Shown here in pieces: positions 12,801-25,870 of a stretch of 64,000 nucleotides of DNA (position 1 is the stretch's first letter; every line of letters starts with the position of its first letter). The notes below the pieces were generated by a model that worked only from the letters and a program-made list of their open reading frames with translations, made no database searches and was not told where the DNA came from. This DNA comes from Lama guanicoe. Its lineage: Eukaryota. Location: contig MU053881.1 in the NCBI GenBank assembly GCA_013239625.1, positions 10,468,873 to 10,532,872 on the forward strand, written 5' to 3'. A program made the translations under genes and the position numbers.

Positions 12801-15212
12801 TTTTGGCATACAGTCATTCATAGTAGCCTCTTATGATCCTTTGAATTTCTGTGGTAGCAATGGTAAATGTCTCCTTTCTCATTTACAATTTTGTTGCTTT
12901 AAGTCTTTCCATTTTTTTCTTTGGTTATATCTAGATAAGGGCATGCCAATTTTGTTTATCTTTTCCAAGAACCAACTCTTACTTTGGATAATCTTTTCTA
13001 TTGTTTTCCTGATCTCTGTTTCATTTATTTCTGCCATCATCTTCATTCTCTTTCTTCTGCTAACTTTGCTTCAGGGTGTTCTTCTTTTCCTAGTTCCGTA
13101 AGGTGTATAGTTAGGTTGGGTTTTTTTGGGAGGGATCTTTCTTGCTTCTTAATGCAGGCATTTAATTGCTATGAATTCCTTTTGCTGCATCCCACAAATT
13201 CCAAAATACTCTGTTACATTTTTGTTTGTCTTAAGAAACTTTTTTTATTTCTCCTCTAATTTCTTTAATCCATTGGTATTCAGGATTAGTATTGTTTAAT
13301 TTCCATGGGTTTGTGAATTTTCCAGTTTTCCTCTTGTTATCGATTTCTAGCTTTATGCCATTTTTAGTATTCTGCTCTTGTTAGCAAGAATGTTCTATAT
13401 ATGTTTGCCAGGTCTATTTGGTCTAAAGTGCAATTCAAATCTGCTGTTTCCTTATTGATTCTCTGTCTGGATGATCTAGCCATTGTTGAGAATGGAGTAC
13501 TAAACTCCCAAGTATTATAGTATTGCTTTTTTTTTTTTCAGTTCTGTTAGTTTTTACTTTATACATTTAGGTGCTCTAATGTTGGGTACATAAATATTTA
13601 CAATTGTTATATTTTCTTCATGTACTGATATCTTTATCATTATATGATCTTTTTTTTCTTTTACCATTTTTAGTTAAATACACACACACACACACACACA
13701 TATACATATATTTTTTCTGATCTAAGTATGGCTACCTCTGCTTCACTTTGGTTACCACTTGCTTGACATGTCTTTTTGCATTCCTTTACTCTCAAGTCTA
13801 TGTATGCCTTTAAAGCTAAAGTCAATTTCTTGTAGGCAGCATATTGTTGGATACTGTTTTGTACTCATTCAGCCATTCCACGTCTTTTTAATTGGAGAAC
13901 TTAATCCCTTTATGATTAAGTAATTATTGATAGGTAAGAACTTATAATTGACATTTTGTTAATTTTTTTCTGTTTGGTGTGTAGATTTATTGTTCCTTGT
14001 TTCTTATCCTGCTGTCTTGTGTGTGTGTGTGTGCTTTGATGTCTTCTGTATTAGTAATGCTTTGATTTCTTAAGTTATTCTGTGTAAATTATTACAGTAT
14101 TATTAACTTAAGCCAAACTATACCCCAAGTTCTCTAACCAAACAGGGTCATTGGCTTTGTTCTGCAAATTATTGGCTCTGCCCAACTCTCAGCTCAAGTG
14201 CTACTAGGCGGCACAGTTTCCAGGAGTTGTCTCCAGCCCTTCTGGTCAGATGGGACAAGAAAATACTCTCCACAACAGGCGGGGCTATGTCTCAGCTCCC
14301 CTGCCTAGGCTGGGGAGAAAGGGGCTGCTCCAGGATACTCTGTTTCCCAAGCAGGCCATCTGGCTAGGAGCTGTGAGCCACCCTCAGCCTTAACTGTGAA
14401 TGAATCCCCCTGCCTGTGCGCAACATGGGACGACTCCATATTCAGTACTGGCTTTGCTCTGAGAAAGATCAGCACTGCTTGCCCACTTCTTCAGTGGAGC
14501 ACTGACGGGTCTCACTGTGTCCAAGAGTAACAGCCAGTTCTTCGGGTCAGATGGGGTTTGGAAGACACTCTTCACAGTGGGTGGGGCTGTGACTCAGCTC
14601 CTTGCCTGGGTGTGAGCACACAGGGCTGCCGGAGCAAAAAAACCTTTTGATTTGAGGATTCAAATCAGGCAGATTTACACTTGGTTCTTCAAATAAGCAA
14701 AGCCTCCGGTTGGGATTACCACTTGGGCTCTGCAGGTATGTACTCAGTCTGCCAAGAGCTGTGTGCTGACTGTTGCAAGCGCCTCTCCCTTTCTCCATCG
14801 CAGTTAGATTCTTAGTGGTTGAGCCCCACAGGTTCCCCTGTAGTCCCCGTGTGCAGCAGTGCAGTATCACAGTAGGGTCTCCCATAAAGCTATCCACGAT
14901 GCGAGGGGTTGCTGGGTTTTGCCCCAGGGTTCTCTTTTCTCACTGGAGGCACTGAAGGCTCAGAGAAGACCTCTCTGTACAGCCCTGCACTGGCCTGGGG
15001 GGAGGGCAACACCATCAACGCGTAGCCACTCCTCTTACTCTTCTAATGCAGTCTGTCTTGGTCTCTGTGGTGCAGAGGGGTGCTTCAGCCTCATCCCCAT
15101 GTTCTAGGATTTTCTCAGTGGTGTCTTGTTCTTGAAGAGTTGTTAGTTGTTCTTGTAAGGGGAAGTGAAGTCAGGAATAACCTATGTTGCCATATTGGCG
15201 ATGGCAGTTCCC
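9878..15212 (-). mobile_element. Long LINE-1 copy: 3'UTR, decayed ORF2, 5'UTR; ORF1 missing
   Basis: ORF 12373-12558(-) '[41 protein letters not shown]' is L1 ORF2; EN N-terminus remnants (GLSSPIKR, TICCLQE) at about 13830-13910; GC-richer 5'UTR at 14110-15212 ending 'gccatattg'. Confidence 0.92.
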
Positions 15213-15319
15213 AGGTGACATCTATCGATGGACATGTATGTGGTGTCAGACATTTGCATAAATATTGCTGTGGCAAGATAATAACAGTGATAATAAGGCT
15301 AATAATAAATGATCATTGC

Positions 15320-15555
15320 AATAACTGACGTTTTCATAGGCTCACTCTGCACTAAGCGCTACTCTAATAAATGTTTGAGGTTCTCTGTTTTCTTAGAAAT
15401 TCTTTGAGGCAAGTACTGTAATTGTTTCAGATGGCAAATTGGAGGCTAGAAAATGTAACATATTTGTCACCATGTCACTCAGTTAGCCCCTAAGAGAACC
15501 AAGGTTTGAATCCAGGTTTGTCTGGGCCAATGGCTAGATTATTAAACACCACACA
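15320..15555 (-). mobile_element. MIR
   Basis: 'tttcagatggcaaattggaggct', 'ggtttgaatccaggtttgtctg'. Confidence 0.7.
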
Positions 15556-18053
15556 CAACTGTCCTTAAAACAAATTTCGAAGAATTATTGAGCAAAAAGC
15601 CATATCCGTTTAAACTTTCACAGCATACTGATTTATTTTTTGTCTACTCAAATATTTAGGGTATTAATTTAACTCGTGGTGGTTGCCAGCTCTGCTCTGT
15701 GGCCTCCCTGGCAGGCCCGTGACAGCCCAGGGCAGTGAAGGCGACTTCTGTCTCCTGGGGTCCTGGCCTAGGATGCACTGTCACCTTTCCAAAGAGGACC
15801 ATGTCCCTCGACAGGCAGGGGCCATGAACGGTGATGCCAGGGCCCCAGGAGCTGTGTGGCTGCAGGTCGGGCCAAAAAACACTCGTTAGTCGTCTCGTTC
15901 AGTGCATAGCCCAAATATTATTGCCTTAAAAAAAAACCTAAATAAAATGTTTCACAGCATCTATTAATAAAAGTTTAACTACATATACGTCATTAAAACC
16001 CCAGAATATATGAAATCAACTATTAGTTTAGAAATCTGATTTTTCCACTCTGGCCTCTCTTGACACATTGACTCGCGCATTCTTGTCTGGAAATGTGCTT
16101 ACAATGCTGGGGCTGGCAAAATAATGAACATTTTCTCTACCCTCCCTGAGCTGGAGGGGCTTCCTACATTATTATTCCTCCTATGTTATCATTTTGGATT
16201 TGGAAATAATGACCCTACTTACTGATCAAAAGAAAAGTTGTTTTTTTTTTAACTGTTAAGGGTATTCCCATCCTTAAAATTCTGAAAGTAAGTAATTTGA
16301 GACCAAACTGCATGTGATTTCCAAGGTAGTTATAGTAGAGAAGAGGTTGACTTAAAGCTTCTCGAAGAAAAAGTTGTATAAACATTGTCTCATCAGTCCC
16401 ATGAAGGAACCCCCCATTTCCTAGACTAGAGCTGGCAACGGTTCTGTGAGACTGAAGTGTTCCTGTACATCCTGTATCAAGCTTCTTATAATCATAATAT
16501 TTGGAATGTCTCTGGCACTCTCCTCCTGAAAACTACTTTCACAAACATTAGCTGTAATTGTAAAGAGCTGTAGGATCCTTAGGGATGAAAAGTACTGTAT
16601 AAATGTGCCATGTAACCATGACTATTACTTCTGTACATTACTGCATAAATTATCAGAAAACGAGTCAATGGATTTCATTCTCAGCACACTTGAATGTTAA
16701 TTGGGAAGAAAAATCTTTCACCAGTTTGGAGATGACAGTTATATCACAGCCTATTTGCTTTAGCAGGTATTCATTCTTTGTTAATCTTGACAGATTATAA
16801 CCTTAGGTGTGCTCTGTGTCTGGAAGCCTTTGTGTGCATCTTGACACAAGGTTTAGTGTCAATTCCGATGTTCAGTCTGCTGTGAAGACATTCTGCGGTA
16901 TCTCTGGCCTGGCTGTACATCACTCTTGTGCATGTATCTAGATTCTGCTGAAGCAGAGAATCTCATCCAAGAGGTTATTACTTCACTGAGCAGCCACCAT
17001 GCTCCGTGAACTTTGCTATTGTTTGGCGAGGTTATTTCAATAAAGAAATTTAAAAGAGCACATTACCATTTAAAAAAAATATATCAGATTCTTACACTTT
17101 TATTGAGTGATGAGTTTCTTAACAAGTCTTTCTTGGTAACATACCAAGTATGTGTTGCTGGTTCCTAATGTTTAATTCTCATTCCAGAAAGCTTAATTTT
17201 TAAACCATTGCACTTAGCATTTTAGCTTCTCTCAATTTTTTTTCAGGGATGAGAATACATCAAATAAATGTAAGACTTGCCTATTTTAAAGAAGTATTCT
17301 TCTTCTTGACCTTCAATTCTCATACCCAGAAAACCACATCATCAGTTCTTTTTGAAATCTCTCCATTTCATCTTTACTTTTCATACTGATCAATGTTAAA
17401 GTGTAACCCAGTGTGGACTTCTCAACCATTTCATGCCTCCACATGGGTCAAGAAATCCAGCTCTATTTCATTTAAACAAGGGTTAGAACCCTCTCACTGT
17501 GGAGGACTCATACCTGAAACGTTTCTCTTAAACCATCAGGGTTGCTGCAACCTGACCTTCCTGAGATTCACCCTGGTGTTTGGTCCTTGGCTTATAAAGT
17601 AGTTGCAAGGTTGGGCAGACCCTGGGGATGAGGAACGCAGGCCTGGTATAACACTAATGGCACTGGGACAGATTTTAGCAACTGAAAGGTAACGGTGGCG
17701 AATGGAGATTATTGTGCGAATGAAGATTTTGAGTTGCTACAGTTTCTATTTTATAAAAAAGTCCAGAAATTCACTCTTGAAATAATAATAACTAATACGT
17801 TTTGAAAATAATGTCACTGCACAAACACTGCTTTGGACCAGATTTGCCCTGAGATGGGAAACCAGCGTGGCTTTCGCTTTCCTTGTCTTCTGGTTTGACG
17901 TGCAGCCCCTCCACCTCCATTATAGTTTTCACACCCCTTTTTCTCTCTGCTTCAGGGTTCCTTCTGGCCCCCCTTACTGTCTCTGTCTGGACCCAGAGAC
18001 TCCTCACCGTGGCTCTCCTCCCCAGCAGGCGTGTCCCAGCCTCCTGATAGGAA

Positions 18054-18076
18054 CCCCCACCCCCACCCCCACCCCC
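18054..18076 (-). repeat. (GGGGGT)n tract with four G5 runs; potential G-quadruplex
   Basis: four C5 runs separated by single A on the + strand. Confidence 0.85.
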
Positions 18077-18289
18077 ACATCACTATGACAGCATGCTTTG
18101 CTCGTGCTACCCAGATTCGCTCTGTCTCCCATTTCTCTCTACTTTACTATAAACTTCCCACAAGTGGCAGTTAATCTTCTCCTGTAGGAGCTTTCATTGT
18201 ATCACTCTCTTGCTCAAAAGCCTTTAATTGCTTTGCATTTCATAGAGGAAGAGATTTAAAATCCCGTATTAATAAATTCTAACCCATCA

Positions 18290-18410
18290 CAAGGGCTTAC
18301 CATGGCCCAATCACTGTAACTAAATGCTTTACGTGCATTATCTCATTTAATTATCACACTGAGGTAGATATTATTACCCTTACTCTATGGATGAAGAAAC
18401 TGAGGCTAAT
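18290..18410 (-). mobile_element. MIR fragment
   Basis: 'tgctttacgtgcattatctcatttaat..gaggtagatattattaccc..gatgaagaaactgaggct'. Confidence 0.8.
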
Positions 18411-18499
18411 CTCCCGTTGACCTTATTTTACATAATGAAAAAATATATAATCCTACAATGGCCTGGAATCATATGTTTAAAAAGAAAAAAAAAATCTCA

Positions 18500-18680
18500 A
18501 TTTCTATCGCAGCTCTGTCCATTACTAGCTGGGTACCTTTTAGAAACTCCCATGTACTCTCTAAGCCTCATCCTCACCATTTAGAAATGAGAAAAACAAT
18601 ACTTGCCTCTCAAGGTTACTTAGGATAAACTGAAATGACTTAAGTATACTACTCTCCGAATGTGGGTTGAAATTATTAGC
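18500..18680 (+). mobile_element. MIR fragment
   Basis: 'ctctctaagcctcatcctcaccatttagaaatgag..aatacttgcctctcaaggtt'. Confidence 0.7.
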
Positions 18681-18814
18681 TTAAAACACACGAGAACTTT
18701 ACATCTCCTACTAAATTAAATGTCTGAAGGAATAGATAATTAAATATATGTTGGTGGAACCAGAGAATGCCCCAATAATGTGACTCCAGGGACACTCAGA
18801 TAACCATCTTGGCT

Positions 18815-19400
18815 CTTCCTTCACTTATTCATTCAACAAACACATTTACTGAGCGCGCTCTGTGTGCCAGATACTACGTTTACAGCAGAGACAAACATGA
18901 AAGTCGACTTCCAGGCGTAGGTCATAAAATTATAGGAGGTGGAGGAGCACCTAAGGGGGAGGTGATACTGAGGGGAGTTTTGGGTCTGTTAACATTTGTG
19001 ATGTATCAGCTGGCAGCTAAGAGGGCTACCCAAGAGGGCACTTGGATATATGGAGTCCATGGTTCAGAAGAGTAGCTGGGCTAGAGAGGGAAAACCAGGA
19101 CTCTAATGACTTTATATTGTATTTTGAGCCATTAAAGATAGGACAGGATGAGAAGATCTGGGGAGAGAGAGAGAAACAGAGGAACACACGGGCCAGAACT
19201 CTGAGTAATTCCAACATTTCAAGGTTAGGGAAGGAGGAAGAGCCTTAGAGAAGGTGACAAAAAAGAAAGGCAAAGAGGCAGCAGAAAACTCAGTACGTAG
19301 AGGGCAGTGCCACAGAGGTGGTTTCCAACTGCACGGAAAGCTGCATGGACGGGGGTTTTGGGATAAGGTGGTGGAAGCGTCTGATGACCTTAAAAAGTAC
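18815..19400 (-). mobile_element. L2 LINE fragments including 3' end
   Basis: 'ttcattcaacaaacacatttactgagcgcgctctgtgtgccag' is the antisense L2 3' end. Confidence 0.7.
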
Positions 19401-20084
19401 TGATGAAGTGGGGACCACTGTTCGGCCACCATGTTACTGATATGGGAAACTCCATCTTTCGGTTACTATACTCTTTAAGCTGCTTTTTGATATCTGTGGT
19501 TAATTTTGGCCAAAAAAATATATATATATATAAAACAACAAAAAAACATAGAAAACTGAAAATCTGAAAGGCCAGAAGAGCCCTAAGGACTCAGAGACTT
19601 TTTAAGTCTCTGGCTGGAGGCAGATGGAGTTGGGTGGCAGAGAGAAGCAAGGACTAAAGAGGGCCGGTGGTGCTCAAGACAAGAATCTTGCTATATTTTT
19701 GCCAAGGGACTGACCTGGTTTTAGTTTCCTGAAGTTTTCGTGAGTGCTAAAATATGTCTCATTTCATGCTAGTGTTGAAATAGTCTTTATTGTAGGAATC
19801 AAACGAGAGAGAGAGAGACAAAGCTTTCTTAAAAGTTTGATTCCTCAGGGGGAAAAAATAGCTAATCAGCAACGTAGCATTTTCCTTTTTCCTAGAGCGC
19901 GAAGTAGGCTGATTTGATTTCTAAATGCTATGGGTACCATCAAAATGCTGATGAAATCAACTCCACACACCCTGCCTTAGGGGCAGTCCTTGTAACCCGC
20001 AGTGAAAACCAGGGGAAAAACAGGCTTGTTCAAAAATCTCTCCTACCTTTTTCTCTCCTTTTGAAATATTTCACTATTACTGTT

Positions 20085-20230
20085 ATTCTTTATTTCTGAA
20101 GAGCATCTGTTATCTGTCATGCACTGTGACGTGCTGGGGACATAGCAGTCAACCAAAGAGACAAAATAGCCTACGCTCATGTTGCTTATATTTTAGTGGG
20201 AAGAAGGTTAGAAGAGAATTTCAGAAAAAA
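20085..20230 (-). mobile_element. L2 3' fragment
   Basis: 'gcactgtgacgtgctggggacatagcagt..agacaaaatagcctacgctcatg..gcttatattttagtggg'. Confidence 0.65.
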
Positions 20231-21489
20231 AATGAATCATGCATATCCTGAACATGGTGCTCTGTGAGGGTAAGTGAGTAAATGCACTTGCCCATAATTC
20301 ATTAATTTTTATTAACCCATCAGTATTACTTTGTTGTCAGGTTATCTATCTGAAACGTCACAAATTGAGAGCCAATGGAAATGGAACAGAGACAGGTACA
20401 TTTTGAAGGCAGGGGTGGGCAGAATTTTGGTAAAGATGGTAAAAATGACAGAACAAAGAGCTCAGGTCATTTTTCTATTATTCATGGCAGTTAAAAATGC
20501 TGAGAGTTTCAAATCACTAGTTTAAGTTCTGAGGGTTTGAGGCAAACCCAATCCTATTAATGTCACACTTCTGCTAAAAATTTGTAAAGCTGGAACACGT
20601 TCAAAACAACATAGTCTTTTCACTTAATATTAATATAGACTCAGTTTGTCCAAGATTTAATGGACTGGAGGGACAAATAAGAAATGACACCTCCAACAAT
20701 CTGTACCATTAAAGAAAATACAGTGTCTTCTCTTCCAAATATTTCACACTGAACTGACCGAATATTCTTGAAATCAGTAGAAACTCTGCAACAAAACCCT
20801 GTGCCTGATATTAGTAAACTCTTAGCATATTTTCAAATGCTCCTTCCTTCCAGATTTGCATGTTGAGAAAGTGATTTATGAAATGACTAATGCAATGAAG
20901 ACTTTAACCCAGTCTGGCAAACAAGAAAGCTAATTAGTGGCAATAATTTATTTCCGGTTGGAAATTCATAATTTGCTGGGTCATGACCTATAATTAATAT
21001 ATTTTCTGTGTTTCTTTCTCTAGGATAATTGATGGTGCATACTGAGTGCTGCTCTAGGAAAACTTATGTCTTAAATGCGATTAAAATTAAACCATAATCT
21101 TGTGTAGGTAAATTATGTTAAGACATTTCAAATCAAAGAATCTTCAAATTAGTGTCTCACAATAACAGAAGAGGAATTAAATGTCTTATTTAAAATCACA
21201 CTGAATAAACATAACCTTATAGGATAAAGCTTTTTTTGTTTTCTCAAATGGGTCTAAATATATAACCATAACACCTCGCTGCCTAAAAGAAAATATTTGT
21301 CAGACTTATTAATTAGTGTAGAACACTGAAAACAGTAAGATAAATTGTTGTTTGAGGTATTGAGAAAATTGTTTGCATTCTTGAGAAAATTTTAGAATAA
21401 CAGACCAGAAATTAGTATAAAAATATGTACTCGATGCCTAGAACATTTTTTATATTAGCTTCATCTTTTTCATTAAAAAATAAAATATT

Positions 21490-22310
21490 GAGATAAAGTC
21501 ATATCCCCCATGCCCTTCCCAAAGAGGAAATTATTATCATGAATTTAACCCAGTCTATTTTTATAAAGTATCATACACGTATTTATATATGATAGATCTA
21601 TTCTGGGTATGTTTTGTAACATTTTACATAAATGGTATTCTGCTGTACACATTATTCTATAGTTTGCTTTATAACAACGTTGTGGTTCTAGAATCTATCA
21701 GTATGTGTATAACTTGCATTTTAATCAAAATTACGGTTTTGAAATGTATCAATATGCATGTTTCCATATATATTCTTTCTGTTAATTAACACACTTTCCC
21801 ATTTACACACAAACACACACACACAAACACACATACTTTTAACTTAACCGTCGTGCAAATTATGGACATTTATGTGCTTTTCTTTGTTATTTCCAACCAG
21901 GTTTCAATAAATATCCATGTACATCTCCCTTTTGTGAAGTTGTGTAAACATTTGTTTAGATTATAAACATAGAAGTAGAATTTCTGGTTAGGTCCATTTT
22001 CAGTTTTTTTACTGATAATGACAAATTGTTCTCCAAAGTGGTTATTCCAATTCATTCTCCTACAAGCAGAACTGACAATTGAAAGTCATTGCCAGTATTT
22101 GATACAGTCAGACTTTAAAATGGTCACCTACCTGATGGGTGGAAAATAGTATCTTATTTTATTCATTTATTTGTGTGGATATTTTGTATGTCTCTGATCA
22201 TTAGCAATGCTCAGAACTGCCTCCTAAATTAGTATGCTGTTTGGCTTTCTCTTTTGTAGCTTGCCTGATCATAATCCTCGGTCTACATTTTTCTGTTCTT
22301 TTATATTTTC
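21490..22310 (-). mobile_element. Old L1ME-type 3' region
   Basis: 'ttttacataaatggtattctgctgtacacattattct', 'caaattgttctccaaagtggttattccaattcattctcctacaagcag'. Confidence 0.7.
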
Positions 22311-24849
22311 CTAACTTGCATTTTGTAGAATTATTTGCCTTTCCAAAGCAACTTTAAAAAGAAAATGTCTTTGGTCATTTAAAACCAATACAGAGCATAA
22401 GAAATAAATTGATAGCTTTTCATTTAACCTCATGTGATTGCCATTCTGGCCAGATGCTACTTCAGAGTGCTTGGGAACTCGGAAGATTTTCTAGAACAGG
22501 GCTTCATGCTGCAAGTGGTTTGGTATTTGCTGAAGTCCTCAAAATAATTTCATTTAGAACCTAGGGGCTTTGCACAGGAATTGTCCTGTCACTTACAAAT
22601 GTGCCCATACCAGCAGTGACATTGCTTCCAGCAGTCCCTTTTAGGAGGCTCTAACCAAGTGAAATGTGGCATGTGTCAAAGTGATGGGAATGAGGAGATT
22701 CAGTGCTCTTAAATAACATCATTACTTTGTAGGGACTAAACCTTGTACCGAGGCGTCCTGCAATCTGATCCTCACCAATAAATCTTTCACAAATCTCCAC
22801 ATGGTATTCTCATGGTGGCTGCAAAGATGCAGTTACAGGGACATCTGAGGGCGGCACCAGGGGAGTTTTTAGAGAGGTTTAGGGGGAAGAAGGAACTTGA
22901 AATTGTTAAGGGATGTATAATGTATAAATTGTATAATGACAAAGAAAATTGCAGCAGATAAGAGGTAAAATAAACAAGTGGTTGTCAAAACATTATACAC
23001 ATAATGTGTGTGCGTTATATAGCATACATGTATGTTGGTATATAAATATAGGGTGTGTGAGCACAAGTATACGTGCAAGGCTCGAGGACTTGTTCAGCAG
23101 AGCACTCATTTCGAGCAATCAGTTCAGTAAGTCTAAGTATTTACATGCAAATTTGTTTCATTTACCAAATGAATCATTATTTATATAACCTATCTGGAAA
23201 GAATTCTTTTAGGTGGGTATTGTCAATATGTAAGTATTTAATATTTATATAACCCCAGCAATGCACTAGGCACTGCCAAATTGATGAAACTGGAGCAAAT
23301 CTGGGACTTCCACATTTATCCACCTAAAGATAATATTTTCCCACCTCTGACTACTGTGTTTTCAGGCACCGGGAAAAAAATCTCTATTGAGGCTGCTTTC
23401 TAAACATGCAAAGATTAAGTCTGCTGACTTCTATTTAGACAGTAACTGCAGAGTTTGTAAGACTGTGAGAATATTAAAAATGAAGTGAGAAGAAAAGTGG
23501 AAGTACAGGTGGTAGCAATGCATTACATTTTGGGGAGGGGATGAAAGATACTGAATCAGATTCGGCAGTAGAGAGTTGAAACAGAATTTTGAACAAGTTG
23601 TTATCATGAAAATCAATTCAATAAATAATTATTAAGTGGGTTATTTATGCATTTGAAGGTCACCCCTAATTCACTGATTCAATAAGTCAGTTGCTCTGTA
23701 AAATAATGATAGTAATATACTACTAATAATAATAGCATTGATTTTAAAACATTATCCTTTGTAATTTGATGTTTTTAAATATGCACATTCATGTACACAC
23801 ACACAACCTTTCCATGTCAACAAATTTAGATTTATGTCACACTATTAGTGAATGCTTATATTTTATTGTAAATTGTATTATTACATTTTATGATCCATTC
23901 CTCCTGGGATTTTTTTTTTTGTTTTATTTTTATAAACAATGCTTTAATAAGCACATTTATCTATTTTTGTAAAATTTTCTGATTATTTTCCTGTATAATT
24001 TTGCCTCTAAGATTCTAATCACATTGATTTCCAAGAAGTATCTATATATAAATGAAGGCAGAAATGGAATATATTCAAAAATAAACTTAAAATTTCAGTT
24101 TATCTTGGTTTCAATTGTGTGGGAACCATAGTAAGCAGTTTTCCAAAAGCATATACTTTAAGTAAATATACATAATGCCAATTTGGTAACAAACGCAGTT
24201 ATTTTTTGGGAAACTTGTGTTTGATGTTATACCCAAAATGCCTATTAGTTATCATTAATAAGTAAAGGATATATAAAAATATTAAATAAAAAGGTTTGGG
24301 TATCACCACGCCAGAAGTAAAAAAAAAAAAAAAGCTATCTATTATCTACACTGGCTGAACTTCGTTCTGGTTATTAAGTAATTGAAATTTAGGCTCCTAT
24401 AGTCAGTTTGTGAACCAAAGATCTGATCCAATGTTCCTGGATGAGGCTTGGAGCTAAACTGAAATGTCTAATGCACATCGCAAGTTTTTAAGTTTTTGTT
24501 TCGTTTGGGGTTGGGTTTTGGTTGGGTTTTTATAAGACTTACTCCGTTTAAGTCCCACTAATTGCCAGCACAGGGAATTAAAATGATCTGTATTAGTCAT
24601 GAATGGGAGATGTGTCCAGTCAGCAGAGCACAGTCCCATCTCATAGGGTAGTTCAATTGTGTGTTTTATAGTTCACACAGAATTAGCTGGAGTGTGAATT
24701 ACTAAATCAGAGGAGACTTGAAGCAAAGCAGCATGACGAAAAAGCAATACTAAATTGAAAGAAATTTGTGCCTTTTACCAGTGCGATTTGATGTGCTATT
24801 AAATCCAGAAAAATCAGGTGATACACGGTCTAAGACCCTTAGGTTATAT

Positions 24850-25010
24850 CTTCTCTGAGCTAAAAGCAAACTTTTAAACTTTGAATAAATAATTGAACCT
24901 CGGTATCCTCGTCTGTAAACAGTCTACTTAGTCAATCTCAGTGTCGTGAGAATCATATGCATATGCACCTATATAAAAGGACATCAAAGTTCTTAGTAAA
25001 TGCAAGTGTA
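24850..25010 (+). mobile_element. MIR fragment
   Basis: 'tgaacctcggtatcctcgtctgtaaa'. Confidence 0.55.
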
Positions 25011-25249
25011 CACATTGTTACAATGCCCGGACTTAAAAGTCATCAGGAAAAGCAACGCTTTTTATTTCTTTTTTTTTTTTTAATAAAAATCCTTAAACAG
25101 TGGCTGAAAAGTTGGCTCCTACAACCTGAGATCAAATATCAAAACCTGATGTCAAAAGTCTGCGTGACTTTTCCTTCTGAAAGAAATCTCCCCGTCTGTC
25201 AGACAGTCAGTTAAGAGCAGGTAATTTTATTGAGTGCTCTCTCTGCCAG

Positions 25250-25870
25250 GATATTGAATTCCCTCACCCATCTCAAAAGCTTTGTGTTATCTTTGACTCC
25301 TACCTCTCCTTTGTGTTCTGTGCCTATCAAGTTATGAAAAGGCAAGGCGCAGCCTCTGTTGCTCTGGACTTTGCCGTTCTGGACCCAGGAGCCCAGCTGC
25401 ATTTCATTTCCTGTCCTTGATGTCAACGAGATTGCTAATTCCATCCTTACAAAGGGTATTGCTCCAACCAGTTTCAAGGTGTTCCTGATCCTTACAACCA
25501 ACATAGCCATAACTAGAATATTCCTGGCTTCACTCCTTCGCACTCAATCTACTTTATATGGAAACTCTATTATTGGCTTCGGACTCCTCCATACCCTGTA
25601 TCTTTGCTTGTGTATTTCTTTGTCATCTCCTTCTGTCGAAACTGCAGTTATCCCTTAAGAGCTCAGTTTCAAGGCTGTTCTGTTTAAAGAAAGTGTGTCT
25701 CATTCTGTGCATCGGGCTGTCAGATCCTGCACTGTTTTGTTTTGGCTTCACCTCTCTTACATTGCTTCCCGGCTTCCAATAGTTTGCCTTTTCCTATATT
25801 ACCAGCCTTAGGTCATTCTTCACCCATTGTCCATCCCTCAGCTCCACACACTAGATAGTTGCGTACTTGT
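25250..25870 (+). mobile_element. L2 LINE fragment (degraded)
   Basis: 'tgttatctttgactcctacctctcc' and pyrimidine-rich L2-like 3' region. Confidence 0.5.

Noticed and set aside
12373..13259. Cluster of ORFs, some hydrophobic and membrane-like
   Set aside because: Sense and antisense readings of decayed L1 ORF2; T-rich antisense strand gives F/L-rich peptides
25211..25782. Overlapping 75-110 aa ORFs, superficially membrane or mitochondrial-like
   Set aside because: Lie in an L2-like relic; no mitochondrial or other known protein motif recognised
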